From NCBI GenBank assembly GCA_030141605.1, contig JAQGDQ010000027.1, positions 186,001-250,000 of the forward strand: a stretch of DNA of 64,000 nucleotides, read 5' to 3'. The notes beneath the pieces are model-generated. The model ran no database searches. It saw nothing but the letters and a program-made list of their open reading frames with translations, and was not told the DNA's origin. This stretch comes from Tubiluchus corallicola (taxonomy: Eukaryota > Animalia > Priapulida). A program made the position numbers and the translations under genes. Positions 27,701 to 39,161 of the stretch are shown here, piece after piece (the first letter of the stretch is position 1; every line of letters begins with the position of its first letter).

Positions 27701-30700
27701 TAGCAAGTCCATACATCTATTCCAAGTTCTGTATTCGTTGGGTTACATTAGAAAACTTTACACTGCTCCTCAAACTTACGTTCCTTTCATCGAAGATTTT
27801 GGTGACAATGGAAGACCATTGCTGACGGTTTACCCGAGTAATCAAAAGAGGGTAGTGTATCGCTACAACGATCAGTTAAAACTATCTGAAATCATTTACG
27901 ATAATACTGTTGTAAAGTACGACTACGATGAAGTTAGTGGCCTCGTCAAGTCCATTCACCAGATGAGCCAGGAATTTGATGCTGTAACAGACTTTGAACA
28001 CAGTGGCATATTGGTAACAGAAATGAAATATAGGTAACGTATCAATGATAATAATATAAACATTAACTTGTGCTATCAAACAATAGCTTATGAATGAGCT
28101 CTATTATGGCTCATATTTTTATCTATGTATATGTGTTCATATCTTGAATTATATGTGGTTAAATGTAGCCCCATCAATTTTTTTCAAATCGTACTTTTTA
28201 GATAAATGTAATAGTAATAGTAGCTTACAAATATTTTTAATTTTCCTCTTATTCTGTATAAATAGAAATAAGAGAAAAAGACATTCAGATTGCACGTGTA
28301 TTCAGAAGGTATATATTTTCTATTGCTGCAATTCTTCTGAATGTTATGTTTGTAAAAATAATTTAGATTTGGTGGCAGAACTCTTTGGACAGAAGTCAAA
28401 TTTCGGTATCAGTATGATAGCAGCTTTAGAATAACGGAAATTGCTGTTGAACTCGAAGGACGTTTATTGCCACCACTAACGACAACATATCGGTAAGAGA
28501 TTATAAACTAATCGTTTTTTAATATTAGTATTCAGAATATTGAATGATTATGTTATAGTTCTTATTTGAATAACTTACAGTTGCAATAATGTATGTATTC
28601 ATAACAAATTTGATAAATGTTCACATATTTAAGAATACGTACAGTAATTGAGAAATTAACACATCATCTGATTGTTCTAGTGCCACAATAAATTTACTCG
28701 ATAAGAAGTTCTTCTGATAATTATAAAATTAATGTAATACCTTCCAGCTGCAGTACAGGATAAAAACAAAATTTATTGTTTTTTTCTGTTTGCAGTCGAG
28801 ATAGTGGTACACCTGACATCATAGGCAAGTTCCAGGTGGCTCATATGGGCCATAGTCAAACCATCATCACAGATGGGCACATTGTGATCTCTAGGCAAGT
28901 TGATACAAATATTCGGGAGAAAATGGTCACTTACAAGCATAAGAACTTGTTACTGTATGCATCGGAGTACCAGTATGATAGCATGGATAGAGTGAAAGAA
29001 GTCAAGTCTGTCATCGGCTCCAACAATGAAGTGACCATTACGAAATACGTGTATAATGTTGACTCGATGTTAGTAGAAGTATGGATTAACGACGGTTTGG
29101 TGTGGAAGTACACGTATGATGTCAATGGAAATCTGATAGGCATTCGACAACATGAGAAACAGATAGGACTGGCTTACAACACCAAAGATCAGATCCAGAT
29201 AGCAGGTGAAACAACGTATAGTACTGACGCGGATGGGTTTGTGATACAGAGAGGTACAGAGAAGTTCCAATACAACTCGCATGGTCAGCTGATTTATGCA
29301 ACAAAAACTGGAACGTACGACATTTGGTACTACTATGATACTCAGAATAGGTTAACAGCAAGAAGAGACCATCTCGGAGATACAGTGCAGTATTTTTATG
29401 CTGATTTGGTACATCCTAATCGGGTTTCACACTTTTACAACAATAGTAACTCTCAGGTAGGTGAAAATATACAATTACCATCATCATCACAAACAGTAAG
29501 TCCTCGCTTAAAGACCCCCGTTTAGCATTTTCGTTCTAACGATGCTGAATATTTGACACTTAATGATGCACATTTCATTTTAACGATTTCTGCACTTTGC
29601 TCAAAGCCTATTTTTATTTTATCAACAACATTTTTGCCTACTTTAAAGCATTAAAACAGTGCATGTTGTGTTATTCTGTTTTAGAAACGTGCTAGTAATT
29701 AAGACAGTACAATTATTATAATGCTTTTGCTTCCTGACTGACCACTGGTACTTGCTTCTTGACTGGAGCATCATTCAGCAAGGACATACAGAATTACAAA
29801 GATTTACTTTCTATGAACATTTTATGAGTTGAATCTAACCTACTCGTGCGCAAGCCAAGTGTAGAACACCTAGTACAAAATAGGATAGGAATGACATCGT
29901 TTACCAGCATTGCTTTTTATATAAAACCCCTAGCAAATTCGACAAGTTTAGCAACTTAGTCAGATTGGGCAGATCATTGATATAAAATTTAAGTGCAAAT
30001 ACCAGCAGATTTTGTATCCACCTTTTTTACTTCGTAATTTATTCTGAGTGCATTGATTAACTGTAAACAATGCAAGAAAAATTCATTTATCTCTGCCAAA
30101 TCGAATAAATAAACTTTCTTGTTACAGGTCACTGTCCTATTTTACAACAATTTTGGTCGTGTGTTTGCTCTTCAAATTGATGAAGTTGATTACTACGTGG
30201 CATCTGATCATATGGGAACACCTCAAGCGATATTTAGTTCCAGTCTGAATGTTGTCAAAGAAATTGTTACATCCCCGTACGGACAGGTAAATCTAATAGT
30301 TTAACATACTCAATCAAATTAACAGTATAACACATGATGAAATGTTGCAATCATAGAGCATAACACCCTTATTATTAATCCAGACTCATGCGAACCTAGT
30401 CAGTTTCTCAACCCAAGAAGTCGAGTTAATATAAGTATAGTTATTGGCTAAATGATTTAACAATTTCATTCATAATACTAAGGTTGCAAAAGTATAATCA
30501 GCAGTGCTTTGAAGAATTTCTCAACATTTAGCTATAAAAAGGCATCCAAAACTGTCTAAAATAAATCAGAAGGGTATGCTCATGAGGCACTACTTGAGTT
30601 CCCAAGGCTCTACTGGTAAGGCTTACAGTGCTCTCTCAGATATTTAACTGGAGAATCGTTTTGCCTGCCTGTGAAGTTTTGCAAATTATGAGAGTCGGTT

Positions 30701-32493
30701 AGTCAAAAAACTACAAACCACAACTTTAATGAGGAAGCACTGTTACATTTAAAAAAGCAATTAAATGTTCATATGTTATTAAAGATTGTAAACATAACAG
30801 AGAATGATAAGTAAATTTACTATTTCCAGATTACTCAAGACACCAATCCAACATTCCAACTGCCACTGGGATTTTTGGGAAGCATTCAAGATCTGACATC
30901 ACAGCTTGTTTTTATTGGAGGTCGTCCGTATGACCCGATGACTGGCAGATGGTTGACACCACATGTAGATTGGGATGCTATCTCGCGTGACCCACAACTG
31001 GCTAACCTGTACAGATTCATGAAGGGTAACCCAGTGAATGAGGACAAAACATCTCATTACTATTTAAATGGTAAGTTCTGCCAGTCACTTTAAAAAATTG
31101 ACTGTTTCTCTCTGTGCTTTGATTATTAGTTTTCTTAACAGGCAAAGAAATTTTACAACTTTTGTACAAAAAATTGTACATAAAGTTGTTGTACTTGTCT
31201 ATTAGTTACTACTTGATTTTATTCGTAACTTCTTGGGATGTGCTCCATCATAAGCATATTGCTTTCGCTAATAAGTCAAAGTTCGTTATTGCACACTCAA
31301 TTGAAAGGTTCCATAAAAAACAGAACATTTAATTTACTCTTTTGTCTTTTCAGACACAGTTTTCTGTTCAGTGAATATTAGAATAACTGAAAAAATACTC
31401 CAGAATTCTTTCAGAACTTTACAATAAATTTAAAGACTAAAAATGGATAGAATAGAGTCTTGGATGGTTTAACAAACAAACATTTGTTTTTATGTAAATT
31501 TGCTATTAGCTTTGTTATGACTATATGTGTCAAACTACATTATTCTGTTAGTAAACACAGTGTTTACTGATTCGTTTTTCCTATAATTTATCACTTAAAA
31601 GAAACAGCACAATGCATTTTTCAGATCTAAAGAAATGGTTGTCAAAGTTTGGCTATGACATGGAGAATTTAGTGAAACCGTCTGTGTTAGACATTAGCTC
31701 AATGGACAACGTTGTATCTAATTCTCTTCAACTCACAACTGGATTAGAATGCTCCTTGCGTACATTTACAAACAACATAGAACAGTACAACACCGTACCT
31801 GAATCCAAAGTGACCGAAGGGTTTCATGTCGGGATTCCGGAAGCCAAAATTGCCTCAAGCTCTGTTTTTGGTGACGGTGTCATTGTTTCAGTCGTTGATG
31901 GTCGTACGATTGTAAACACCCTTCCAAATACTGAAAAGCAGATAAAAGCATTTTCTACAGTTTTATTGAATGGAACATATCCAGTTGGTATTCATTTAAC
32001 AATTCAGGGTATGGATTCTCATTTCTTTGTTAAAGAAGCAGGCAAGCAGGCTGCCGAAGACTTGTGGAAGCTTTCCTTAAATGGTGATTATGTGTCTCTA
32101 GAAAATGGTGTAAATGTGACAGTGCACAAAATAAATGTAGACAGTAAATCTAGTAACATAGATGTCCGATTGCAGGGCCACCATTCTGTGATAAACGTCA
32201 GGTACGGGACAAGTTTGGCTGATGAGCACAGAAGGGTGGTGGACTACGCAAAGCAGTGGGCCATTAGTCAAGCCTGGGCACGAGAACTGAACTTGCTTAG
32301 TAATGGTTATTATGGGTCTTATCATTGGACTCAGGCAGAACAAAAACAAATTGCAGACACAGGGTCAGTTGCCGGCTATTCTGGGCATTATTTGCGTGAT
32401 GTGCAATCGTACCCCGAATTAGTGGACGACTGTAATAATATTGTCTTCCGCAAGCAGCTACCTTTGGACAATTTGATAAAAGTGTGGTATTAG
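723..32493 (+). CDS. TENM: Teneurin (Ten-m/Odz), full-length type II transmembrane adhesion protein, 33 coding exons, ~2725 aa
   Basis: Hand-spliced exons: 723-918, 8221-8466, 10513-10542, 10676-10957, 13093-13219, 14824-14934, 15837-15931, 16179-16324, 16544-16668, 17358-17484, 18057-18180, 18327-18431, 18651-18845, 19976-20182, 20453-20638, 20754-20900, 21195-21522, 22142-22430, 22555-22704, 22926-23043, 23196-23336, 23471-23720, 23826-24061, 24931-25088, 25248-25508, 25887-26798, 27112-27525, 27618-28033, 28367-28492, 28796-29456, 30128-30286, 30830-31070, 31625-32493. Total 8178 nt, in frame. Hallmarks: CTWKC plus TM helix (15837-15931), [17 protein letters not shown], 8 EGF repeats with Tyr replacing a Cys in EGF2 and EGF5, [19 protein letters not shown] propeller, YD/RHS repeats ([13 protein letters not shown]), C-terminal Tox-GHH/TCAP-like region. 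The 5' intracellular exons are less certain than the extracellular ones. Confidence 0.96.
1790..1920 (+). repeat. Dispersed repeat copy (related to ~53830-53960)
   Basis: Shares gaaag..gaacag(g)gctacacgatgatg..gctac..cgagtt with 53884-53959. Confidence 0.45.
2594..2738 (+). repeat. Dispersed repeat copy 1 (related to 6731-6860)
   Basis: Collinear blocks ttatca..tcctggtccagtg..gtgtgactgagcagtttg.cctattt..tctgagccc are present in both copies. Confidence 0.6.
3054..3243 (+). CDS. Candidate alternative first coding exon of teneurin (MQSPHREKK...GRNQ, 63 aa)
   Basis: Open frame from ATG 3054 to a strong donor AAG|GTCAGT at 3243. Phase 1, the same as the 723-918 exon, so it joins exon 8221 in frame. 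ETS-like GGAAGT motifs upstream at ~2882 and ~2922. Confidence 0.55.
6007..6061. repeat. Degenerate (GGGTTA)n tract, probably a MITE core
   Basis: ggggttaagattcggattagggggtaggggtcagggttagcgttagggttacgg. A similar, more decayed tract lies at ~7680-7700. Confidence 0.55.
6731..6860 (+). repeat. Dispersed repeat copy 2 (related to 2594-2738)
   Basis: tttatcac..gcctgatccggtg..ggtgtgactgagcaaagcagtttgacctattt..gtctgagccc. Confidence 0.6.
8906..8955 (+). mobile_element. Decayed tRNA-derived SINE head
   Basis: gtatagtctagtggtaatacgtccgctttccgtctgggaggtcctgagtc has an A-box-like TAGTCTAGTGG and a tRNA-like middle, but a broken B box and no acceptor stem. Similar decayed heads at ~4400-4460(-), ~7960-8035, ~11185-11240, ~49390-49450. 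Confidence 0.5.
11846..12304. mobile_element. Non-autonomous piggyBac-type MITE (459 bp) in a teneurin intron
   Basis: TTAA target duplication at 11842-45 and 12305-08. Termini CCCTTTCGTACCC and GGGACTGAAAGGG match at 10/13. Palindromic subterminal repeat tgtatcccgtgggata at 11861 and ~12157. Confidence 0.85.
13461..13712. mobile_element. Foldback element: 45-bp inverted arms enclosing a tRNA-SINE-like segment
   Basis: 13461-13505 vs reverse complement of 13668-13712 match at 40/45. The inner minus strand reads tagctgagctgtcagagc...gggttcaaatctc (A- and B-box-like). Confidence 0.7.
24590..24810 (+). pseudogene. Decayed pogo/Tigger-like transposase N-terminal (HTH/CENP-B) fragment
   Basis: Translation [19 protein letters not shown]...[15 protein letters not shown]...LIEAKDLS.Y resembles the Tigger pattern TI.KN.EKI...VKSA.P....R....EKMEK.L..W......I.EKA.SLY. 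Contains stops and frameshifts. Confidence 0.45.
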
Positions 32494-33932
32494 CGATCGT
32501 GTTTGCCATGCAATACTGCAACTACTAAAGTCTTTCACTGCTGCAAAGTGGCAATTGTTGGCACTGTTGTTGAGTTCTAATGCGTAGATGCAAAATGCGA
32601 ACAGCTGTAATAGTAGTTAATGTCATAAATTGATATAACGTTGGGGGGGCTGAAAAAACAAGGATTGAATCCCATGTAAGAGAAATTTCTCTGTGTACAT
32701 ACAAAAATGATACAAGATTCATCCAAAAGTGCATTCTTGAAAAACTCATTCTTCAGTTTGCATTTTAAAAAGTGCAACATTAATGAAGAAGACAGTGATA
32801 CTTTATATGCTTGTGTTGTTTTGTAAATAATCGTGTATATGAAAGCAGTTTAGTTAACATACAAAAAAATCTTGCTGTGTGATGATAGTCATGTAGATCT
32901 CTGAGAGGTGACTAGTGTGGGAAGTTACTGTTCAGCGACAGGGGATGTTTATTCTTTCACCATTTCATGTTTGTTTCTTGATGATAAGTGTAAAGCACAA
33001 ATATACTTTTTGTTTGAAAATGTACTAAAAACTATGAGTTAGTTGTTAAAAACAGTAAAGTCCACAAGTTTTTGTGTACAATTACCTTTGAAGCTTGCCG
33101 TTACCAAATAAGAGCACCCAAATTTAATCTCACAATTTTGTAATGATCTTAAAGGGTAATGAGATAACTCATCAGTCAAGTCTCTTAGCATTAATGTATT
33201 CAGCACCCTTTGTAGCTATAACAGCACAAATCTGATGTATTTATTGTTAAATTTTTATTACTAGACATCTTGTTTATCTTGTAAATATGGAATACCTATT
33301 AATTATCGCAAGAATTCTGAAACATTCAGGTTGTAAACATGTGTACCTGGTATCTTATGCACAACGAAATAATTTGTTTTGAAGTCTCTTCAGTCTTTAG
33401 CGTATGGTTTATGTGTAAGCACATTTATTTGTGATCGAGTGAGGGGAAGTGATATACAGCAGGTATAATCATACGTTATTTATGGACATGCACAAAATAT
33501 TCTTGATTGTGTCCTTCTTTGCATATGTTACTGCACACCTTGTATATTATGTATAGCATGAGTTTGGAAACAGTCCTAATAGATGTGGCCTAGTCATTAG
33601 TTAACAAGTATTTTAAACAAGCACAGTAAGAGAAAACTGAAAATATTTTTTACAAAAGTATTTGTGATTATATACAAACTTAAAATGTAAAACAACTAGT
33701 TATGATCTTGAACAATAGTTATGCTTAAGCCACAGAATAAAAGTAATTATGTTCAAGTGTAACAGATTACCGATGTGCAAAAATGTACATGCAAATTCAA
33801 CAACTGACTTCTGTTTAGTCAGTGAGATACTCAATTATGTTAAAAATTCCATTCCTTCTTTAAAAATCCTTGCATAGATGTTGGTTGTTAAGAGTTATGA
33901 TAACCCATTGGTTGTATAGAAGTATTATGTAT

Positions 33933-33938
33933 AATAAA
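33933..33938 (+). terminator. Probable teneurin polyadenylation signal (3'UTR ~1.45 kb)
   Basis: AATAAA at the end of a U-rich UTR-like tract, followed by T-rich sequence. An upstream AATAAA at ~33736 is an alternative. Confidence 0.45.
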
Positions 33939-36616
33939 GAACATTGTTATTTAAAAATTAGCCTCTCAAATTTTCCACCTATTTGTTTTTACAGCAGACA
34001 CGATTTTATCTTTTTTAATTAGATACATTGCATAGATCTTTTTATAAACATATTTAGGGATACAGAATTGTCAATAAAGCAGCAAGCTGCTTAACTCAAG
34101 CTTCTTCTAATTGAATAGATCTGCATCTACAAGCAGGCTCATATCGTACCTGAAAAAGAAAAAAAACACTTATTTTCCCATAACCTGCCAATGGCATTTT
34201 GTACTGACTGGAGTTGTAAAATTTAAAATAGGCGACTATGTGAAAATCAATTTAAGTCATTGATTTGAAATGTGTTGCTGATGAAAATGCAAACAGGAGC
34301 TGTTCAATACGATTTTTCAGAAAACGCCGTGAAATAATAGCCTGTTAGCTTTCTAAATACACTGTATAATGATAGCGTATATTTCACTGGAATACATAGG
34401 AATTCTTAACAATTATTGTTTGAATGATACAGGAGCAGATTGCATCACAGCAAATTTAACACTAGATAACAATTCTGCAAACAACTTCTCTGGGTAGCAG
34501 TACTTCTAGTATGAAACTATACATCAAAACAAATTACCTGAATTCTTTGTGTATTTTCTAGCAGCAGCCAAAAAAATTGTGGCAATTTCAAAAACTATAG
34601 CACAAAAATGTTAAAAAGTAAGATTTCGCATGAAAGTCATTGACAACATACAGCATTGGAGAAACCTATTCTTCGTTATTCATTATGCATGTCATCATGT
34701 TGAAATAGCTGTTAGTGCAATGTTATCTGTTAAATGAGCGACGGTAAATAAATCTTTGCTTTTGTCTTTTTTATTGCTTGTGAGTTATACTTTACAACGT
34801 ACAGTATAATCACAATGAATGCACCAGGTACTGGCCCATAGTCACAATGGAAACAGACAAGAAAACACGGATCTTTTTTTCACCAGCAAGATGGGTGAAG
34901 TTTGTTTTTTAGAGCCATTCGAGCAAATCCCAGCAAGAAATTTGCAGTTATTACTTAATCCTTTTTGCATACAGACAGCTCTAATGCAGCAATTGACTTA
35001 CTACAGTCTTTTATATATGTAGTTGAGTACAAGACATGTTTATTACTTAAACAAAAAGTTCTTAATAAAAAATTCCTGATTTTGAGCGAGTCATTAATTC
35101 ACAAATAATTAATTTTATAATGTTCTTTTAATTCATTAACCTTTAGAGTGAAAATTGAGGAGTCTAATCTGTGTGCATTCGTCTGACTCTTTTGTGATTT
35201 GACAAAATTTAACAAACCTAGTTATAATGCCAAACTTGCTATAAAGACAACTTTTTTCCGGTCCCAAAGTGGGCAGTATAAAGAGGTTTGAGTTTGACTG
35301 TATTCACTAAATAGCCAGTTGCAACAAGTTTCTTGTTGCACAGGTACAACGTTTTATATGAAAACTCGAACATGACTGAAAACTGTTTTTAAGTTTTGTT
35401 TTTAAAATTCGTTTCAGAATTTGATGTACTAGCCACAAAAGCACTGATGATGAATGCCGAGTCTGAAAGACTCAACTACAACAGTGTTTTTGCCTTTTTA
35501 TCCATAAATTCCAATACCCATGAGATCAGTGATATAATCCGCTAAACCGAACACCCTTGTCCTTCCCCATACCACTAAAACAAAAAAATTGTTTTTTTAC
35601 AACTTTATTATTTCCAATCGTCAAAAAATAATTTACAAGTCCTACGGGTAATTAGCTTTTTGTTTAAAGTGTGATATTATTGTTTATAAACAAAAAACAA
35701 AATGGGCCTGGTACAGAATGACAGAAAACTAACAACAAATGCCAAATGTTTAGCTAACTTACAAACTGAGGCAAGTGATCACTGCAATGTCATCAACAAA
35801 ATACAACCATTGAAATTTCTGCAATGTGATTTATTCAGCAATGTTCTTTACGACTACTTTGACTTTTTTCACTTTGCAAACATTTACTTCAAATAAAAAT
35901 TGCAAATGCAAAATAACATCATGAAAAGATGTTAATATACTACACTTTTTAACTTTTCATTTTAACAGCATTTTAAATTGAACTACAAGCTTTAATAAAA
36001 TCCAGTTGCTACATTTGAACAGGTTACAACGTTTAAAATTCTACTAGACACAAAAATTTTACAGCACTATCAAAACATCTTAATCATTATGAGAAATTTA
36101 ATCATGAGAAATTTTTAAATGTTAAAATTTGCTGCAAATCTTACTTTTGAGTTATGACATAAACTTTTAACTAGGCACACAGCAAAATATTTTTGAATGC
36201 TAATAACAGCATCTGTTCTATGTATTAATGAATGTTTCAAATGGTAAAAATTTCACTTTTACTGTACGAAATTATGCTGCTAAAATTTTTTGATCGAGTA
36301 CAAATAATGCTAACAAATTTACTAATTTGTATAATCCATTAATTAACTCAAAGAATGGGAGAGCAATACAAGCCTTTGCTATTAGGAATGCGGTGTTTGA
36401 AAAATATACAATAACCGTTCGACTCGAAAAATGTCGTCTGTAGAGTACGATAACTCACAATCCCAAGCTGAATAGTGTAGATGCTCTATCTTACAAAGCA
36501 TTACTACGAACATGAATGCCTCTAGTTCTTCAGTTCATTAGCTGACACATCAACTATTTCAATAGAGAAAGCAAACATGTAAAATACTGTGATGATCATG
36601 GAATCTGTTATTTATT

Positions 36617-37018
36617 CTAACGTCGCCGTTGATACATATTACCACCACCACCACCACGGCCTCCTCCGCCTCTACCTCTACCACCACGGGCTGCTTGTGC
36701 TCTGAGAATTGCTGACTTGCCTCTCCCTGCTGCGCCACCACTTCCAGTCCCTGAACCCATTTGTTTCTTAAACATGGGAGCATTTTTCAACATATCGGGC
36801 AGAATCATAAATCTAATTTTGCTTCCCCGAATAAACACATTTTCCAGTTGGGCCACTCTGCCATCTCTGTATGTCACTGTAATAGAAGACATTTGACAGT
36901 TCATATTGTCTTCAGCTTCAATCAGTTTTCCCCTATATATTTCGCCGGTATTTGTTTCACATGTAACGATGTGCCCTTCGGCTTCATGCAGCACTTTTAT
37001 TGGCACACCAATAGACAT
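36617..37018 (-). CDS. SNRPD3: Small nuclear ribonucleoprotein Sm D3 (133 aa)
   Basis: [43 protein letters not shown]...[21 protein letters not shown] with an RG-rich tail. The true start is ATG at 37018, not the TTG at 37033. A 5'UTR acceptor (taatacag) lies at ~37038. Confidence 0.98.
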   Translation of the reverse strand: MSIGVPIKVLHEAEGHIVTCETNTGEIYRGKLIEAEDNMNCQMSSITVTYRDGRVAQLENVFIRGSKIRFMILPDMLKNAPMFKKQMGSGTGSGGAAGRGKSAILRAQAARGGRGRGGGGRGGGGGNMYQRRR

Positions 37019-37696
37019 TTTGAGCGTTTGCAAAACCTGTATTACAAATAATTAAGCGATAAATACAATGTAATACAAATAATAACTATGCTAGCAATGG
37101 ATTTTATGAATCTCAGAAAACGCGGAAAAAAGAAATCGTACTCAAACACTTTGTACGTGCGTTCACAAAGCATGTAATAAAAGCAAAGACGGAATGTACG
37201 GAAATAACGAGCCGTCGTCCTTGCAGTCTTTGCGACCGTTGAACAGTCTTGCTCACTAGCTACGACCACAGTCCGAAAGTCAATGTCTGTGAGACTTCTG
37301 ACCATCACCAACCATAACAATCAGTCATAGTTAATTTTCAAACTATGGTGCAGATATGAACTAAGTCAAACATAGAGAAAACTAAATTTAAGTAATAAAC
37401 TATAAATTATTATGTGTTAAAGGAAAAACCAACCATCAAATAAAATTCATAACATTTTAATAATTATACAAATAAAAATACCGAAATTACCAAACAATAT
37501 ACGTGATAAAATGCCTTGTTTAAAAAATAAAAATTCAAAAGAAATTTAAATCATCTGCCGCCAAAAAACCTCGTTGTGGGTACAATTGAAAAAATTGACG
37601 TAAGCTTGTGCATGCCAAAACCACTGCATTAAAAGTGCAATTTTTGCAGAAGTTCCACTATTCTAACTGATATAATTGTCATGGCATTAAGTACAT

Positions 37697-37975
37697 GGAT
37701 CTGAACCTAAATTTATTTAGCATTATCTTAATTAATACAATTGTCAGAATCTGATCAAAGTGTAATACTCACGAACATCATGCAGTATTCTGATTGTTAT
37801 GCCACAGCGGAATCTAACCAAAATCTAATGTATGTAGACATCAGAAATTGGCTGTTATAATATAATGATTAGAATCTAAATAAAATACACTCACAATCAT
37901 GTGCTCTTCTCACCTGATCGGAATCTGATTAAAATATGACGTCCACAGAGATCAATATCTATCTGACTGTTAACT
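37697..37975. repeat. Degenerate ~50-63 bp tandem array (5 units)
   Basis: Units begin ggatctgaac (37697), gaatctgatc (37747), gaatctaacc (37810), gaatctaaat (37872) and gaatctgatt (37921). Several carry ..catca..ctgttat. Confidence 0.5.
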
Positions 37976-38241
37976 CATTAGCAATTTATTTTCACGCATC
38001 ACATTTATAACAACATTTATGTACGTATAACAACACTGGGAGTAAGGCTACAATGAGCATATAGCACAATTTCGTTTCAATGTTTGCTTTATTTCTGGAA
38101 TAGGAAATGCCTCACACATCTGTCTATATACAAGTATAAATGAAAAGCGGGACAATCAGAACGCAGGGCTTGTTAAAGTGTCCCACCTGTGACAGTAGAA
38201 TAAAGAAATAACAGATGATATGAAAAATTTAAAAATGAGTA

Positions 38242-38736
38242 CAGTGGCCGCCGCTTATTATGGACACGGTTATTGTGGACAGCCGGTTATTGTGGACAAC
38301 TCGCGAGGGACGGAATTTTCCCCTAATAAAATCCGCCGGTTAATATGGACAACCGCCGCTTAATATGGACAGCGAACATTCTTGGCACGTGACCAGCTGT
38401 GCCAACCACGGCCTGCGTGCGTGATTGAAAATAGCTTCCCGCTCTGCTGCCTGTGTGAGTCATTGCATCAGTCAGTTCGCCGTTTGCCGTGGCCTTGAGA
38501 GCTTCGAAACTGTGCTAACTTCCTTCCGTTCAAGGTTGAGAGAAAAGTTTCCTGCCAAACAAACTCGTCTGACTTCTTTTTTTCAATAAAACAGGAGACG
38601 AGTTGATACAGACAGTTTTTTGCCTTTTTTAATGAAGGGGAAGGGTCTTTATGGGTCACTTCGCTTAATATGGACGGCCGCTTAATATGGACATACACTG
38701 CTGGCCCGAGGTGTCCACAATAAGCGGCGGCCACTG
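38242..38736. mobile_element. Tc1/mariner-superfamily (pogo/Tigger-type) MITE, 495 bp
   Basis: TA target duplication. The 26-bp TIRs CAGTGGCCGCCGCTTATT(A/G)TGGACAC match at 25/26. Seven direct copies of g(c/g)tta(a/t)t(a/g)tggac (one within the left TIR) are likely transposase-binding sites. Confidence 0.92.
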
Positions 38737-39149
38737 TATAAACATAAGTATTATGAGAAATAAAACTAGTGCTTCATGCAAAATAGTACAATATGCTACT
38801 ATCATAAACTACAAGTAAAATACAAAATCACCAAAATACAACATCTGACAAACCTACAATGTACTGACCGAACTACAAGGTTCCACATCACAACCGGTAG
38901 TCCAGTATACAATCATGCAAAAGTTAAAAATTATGAAAATTTTAATAGCTAGGAGTTATATGGCTGTCAATGTTTTTGTTGTTTATGGCACGTGATGTTG
39001 GATGTATAAAATTTCGATTATTGTTATTTCATTGTTACATTTTCAACAGTTTATGTTTATGTTGGTCCCAAACATTTAAAGTCAAGCCCGTCGTAATTTC
39101 CGTTTTACGACTTGTGTTTATTTCCGTTTCTGATTTTTTATAGAATTTC

Positions 39150-39161
39150 ATCTCGCGAGAT
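39150..39161. promoter_or_regulatory. Palindromic TCTCGCGAGA (CGCG element) at the probable promoter/first non-coding exon of the CRACD-like gene
   Basis: ATCTCGCGAGAT is a perfect 12-bp palindrome in a locally CpG-rich patch. Donor AAG|GTATTA at ~39332; acceptor tgtttcag at 41512, 24 nt before the ATG. Confidence 0.55.

Noticed and set aside
25887-32493. Bacterial RHS/YD toxin gene or contamination/recent HGT
   Set aside because: Interrupted by spliceosomal introns and in frame with the EGF and TM exons. This is the normal teneurin architecture.
35437-35492. Hammerhead ribozyme, SECIS or snoRNA at CTGATGA...GAAA hairpin
   Set aside because: No stem II between CTGATGA and GAAA, no SECIS quartet, and ACA spacing is wrong. 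It is only a plain stem-loop. Other CTGANGA sites checked by eye also failed.
37019-37033. N-terminal extension MQTLK on SmD3
   Set aside because: ORF-caller TTG start; the conserved protein begins MSIGVP at 37018.
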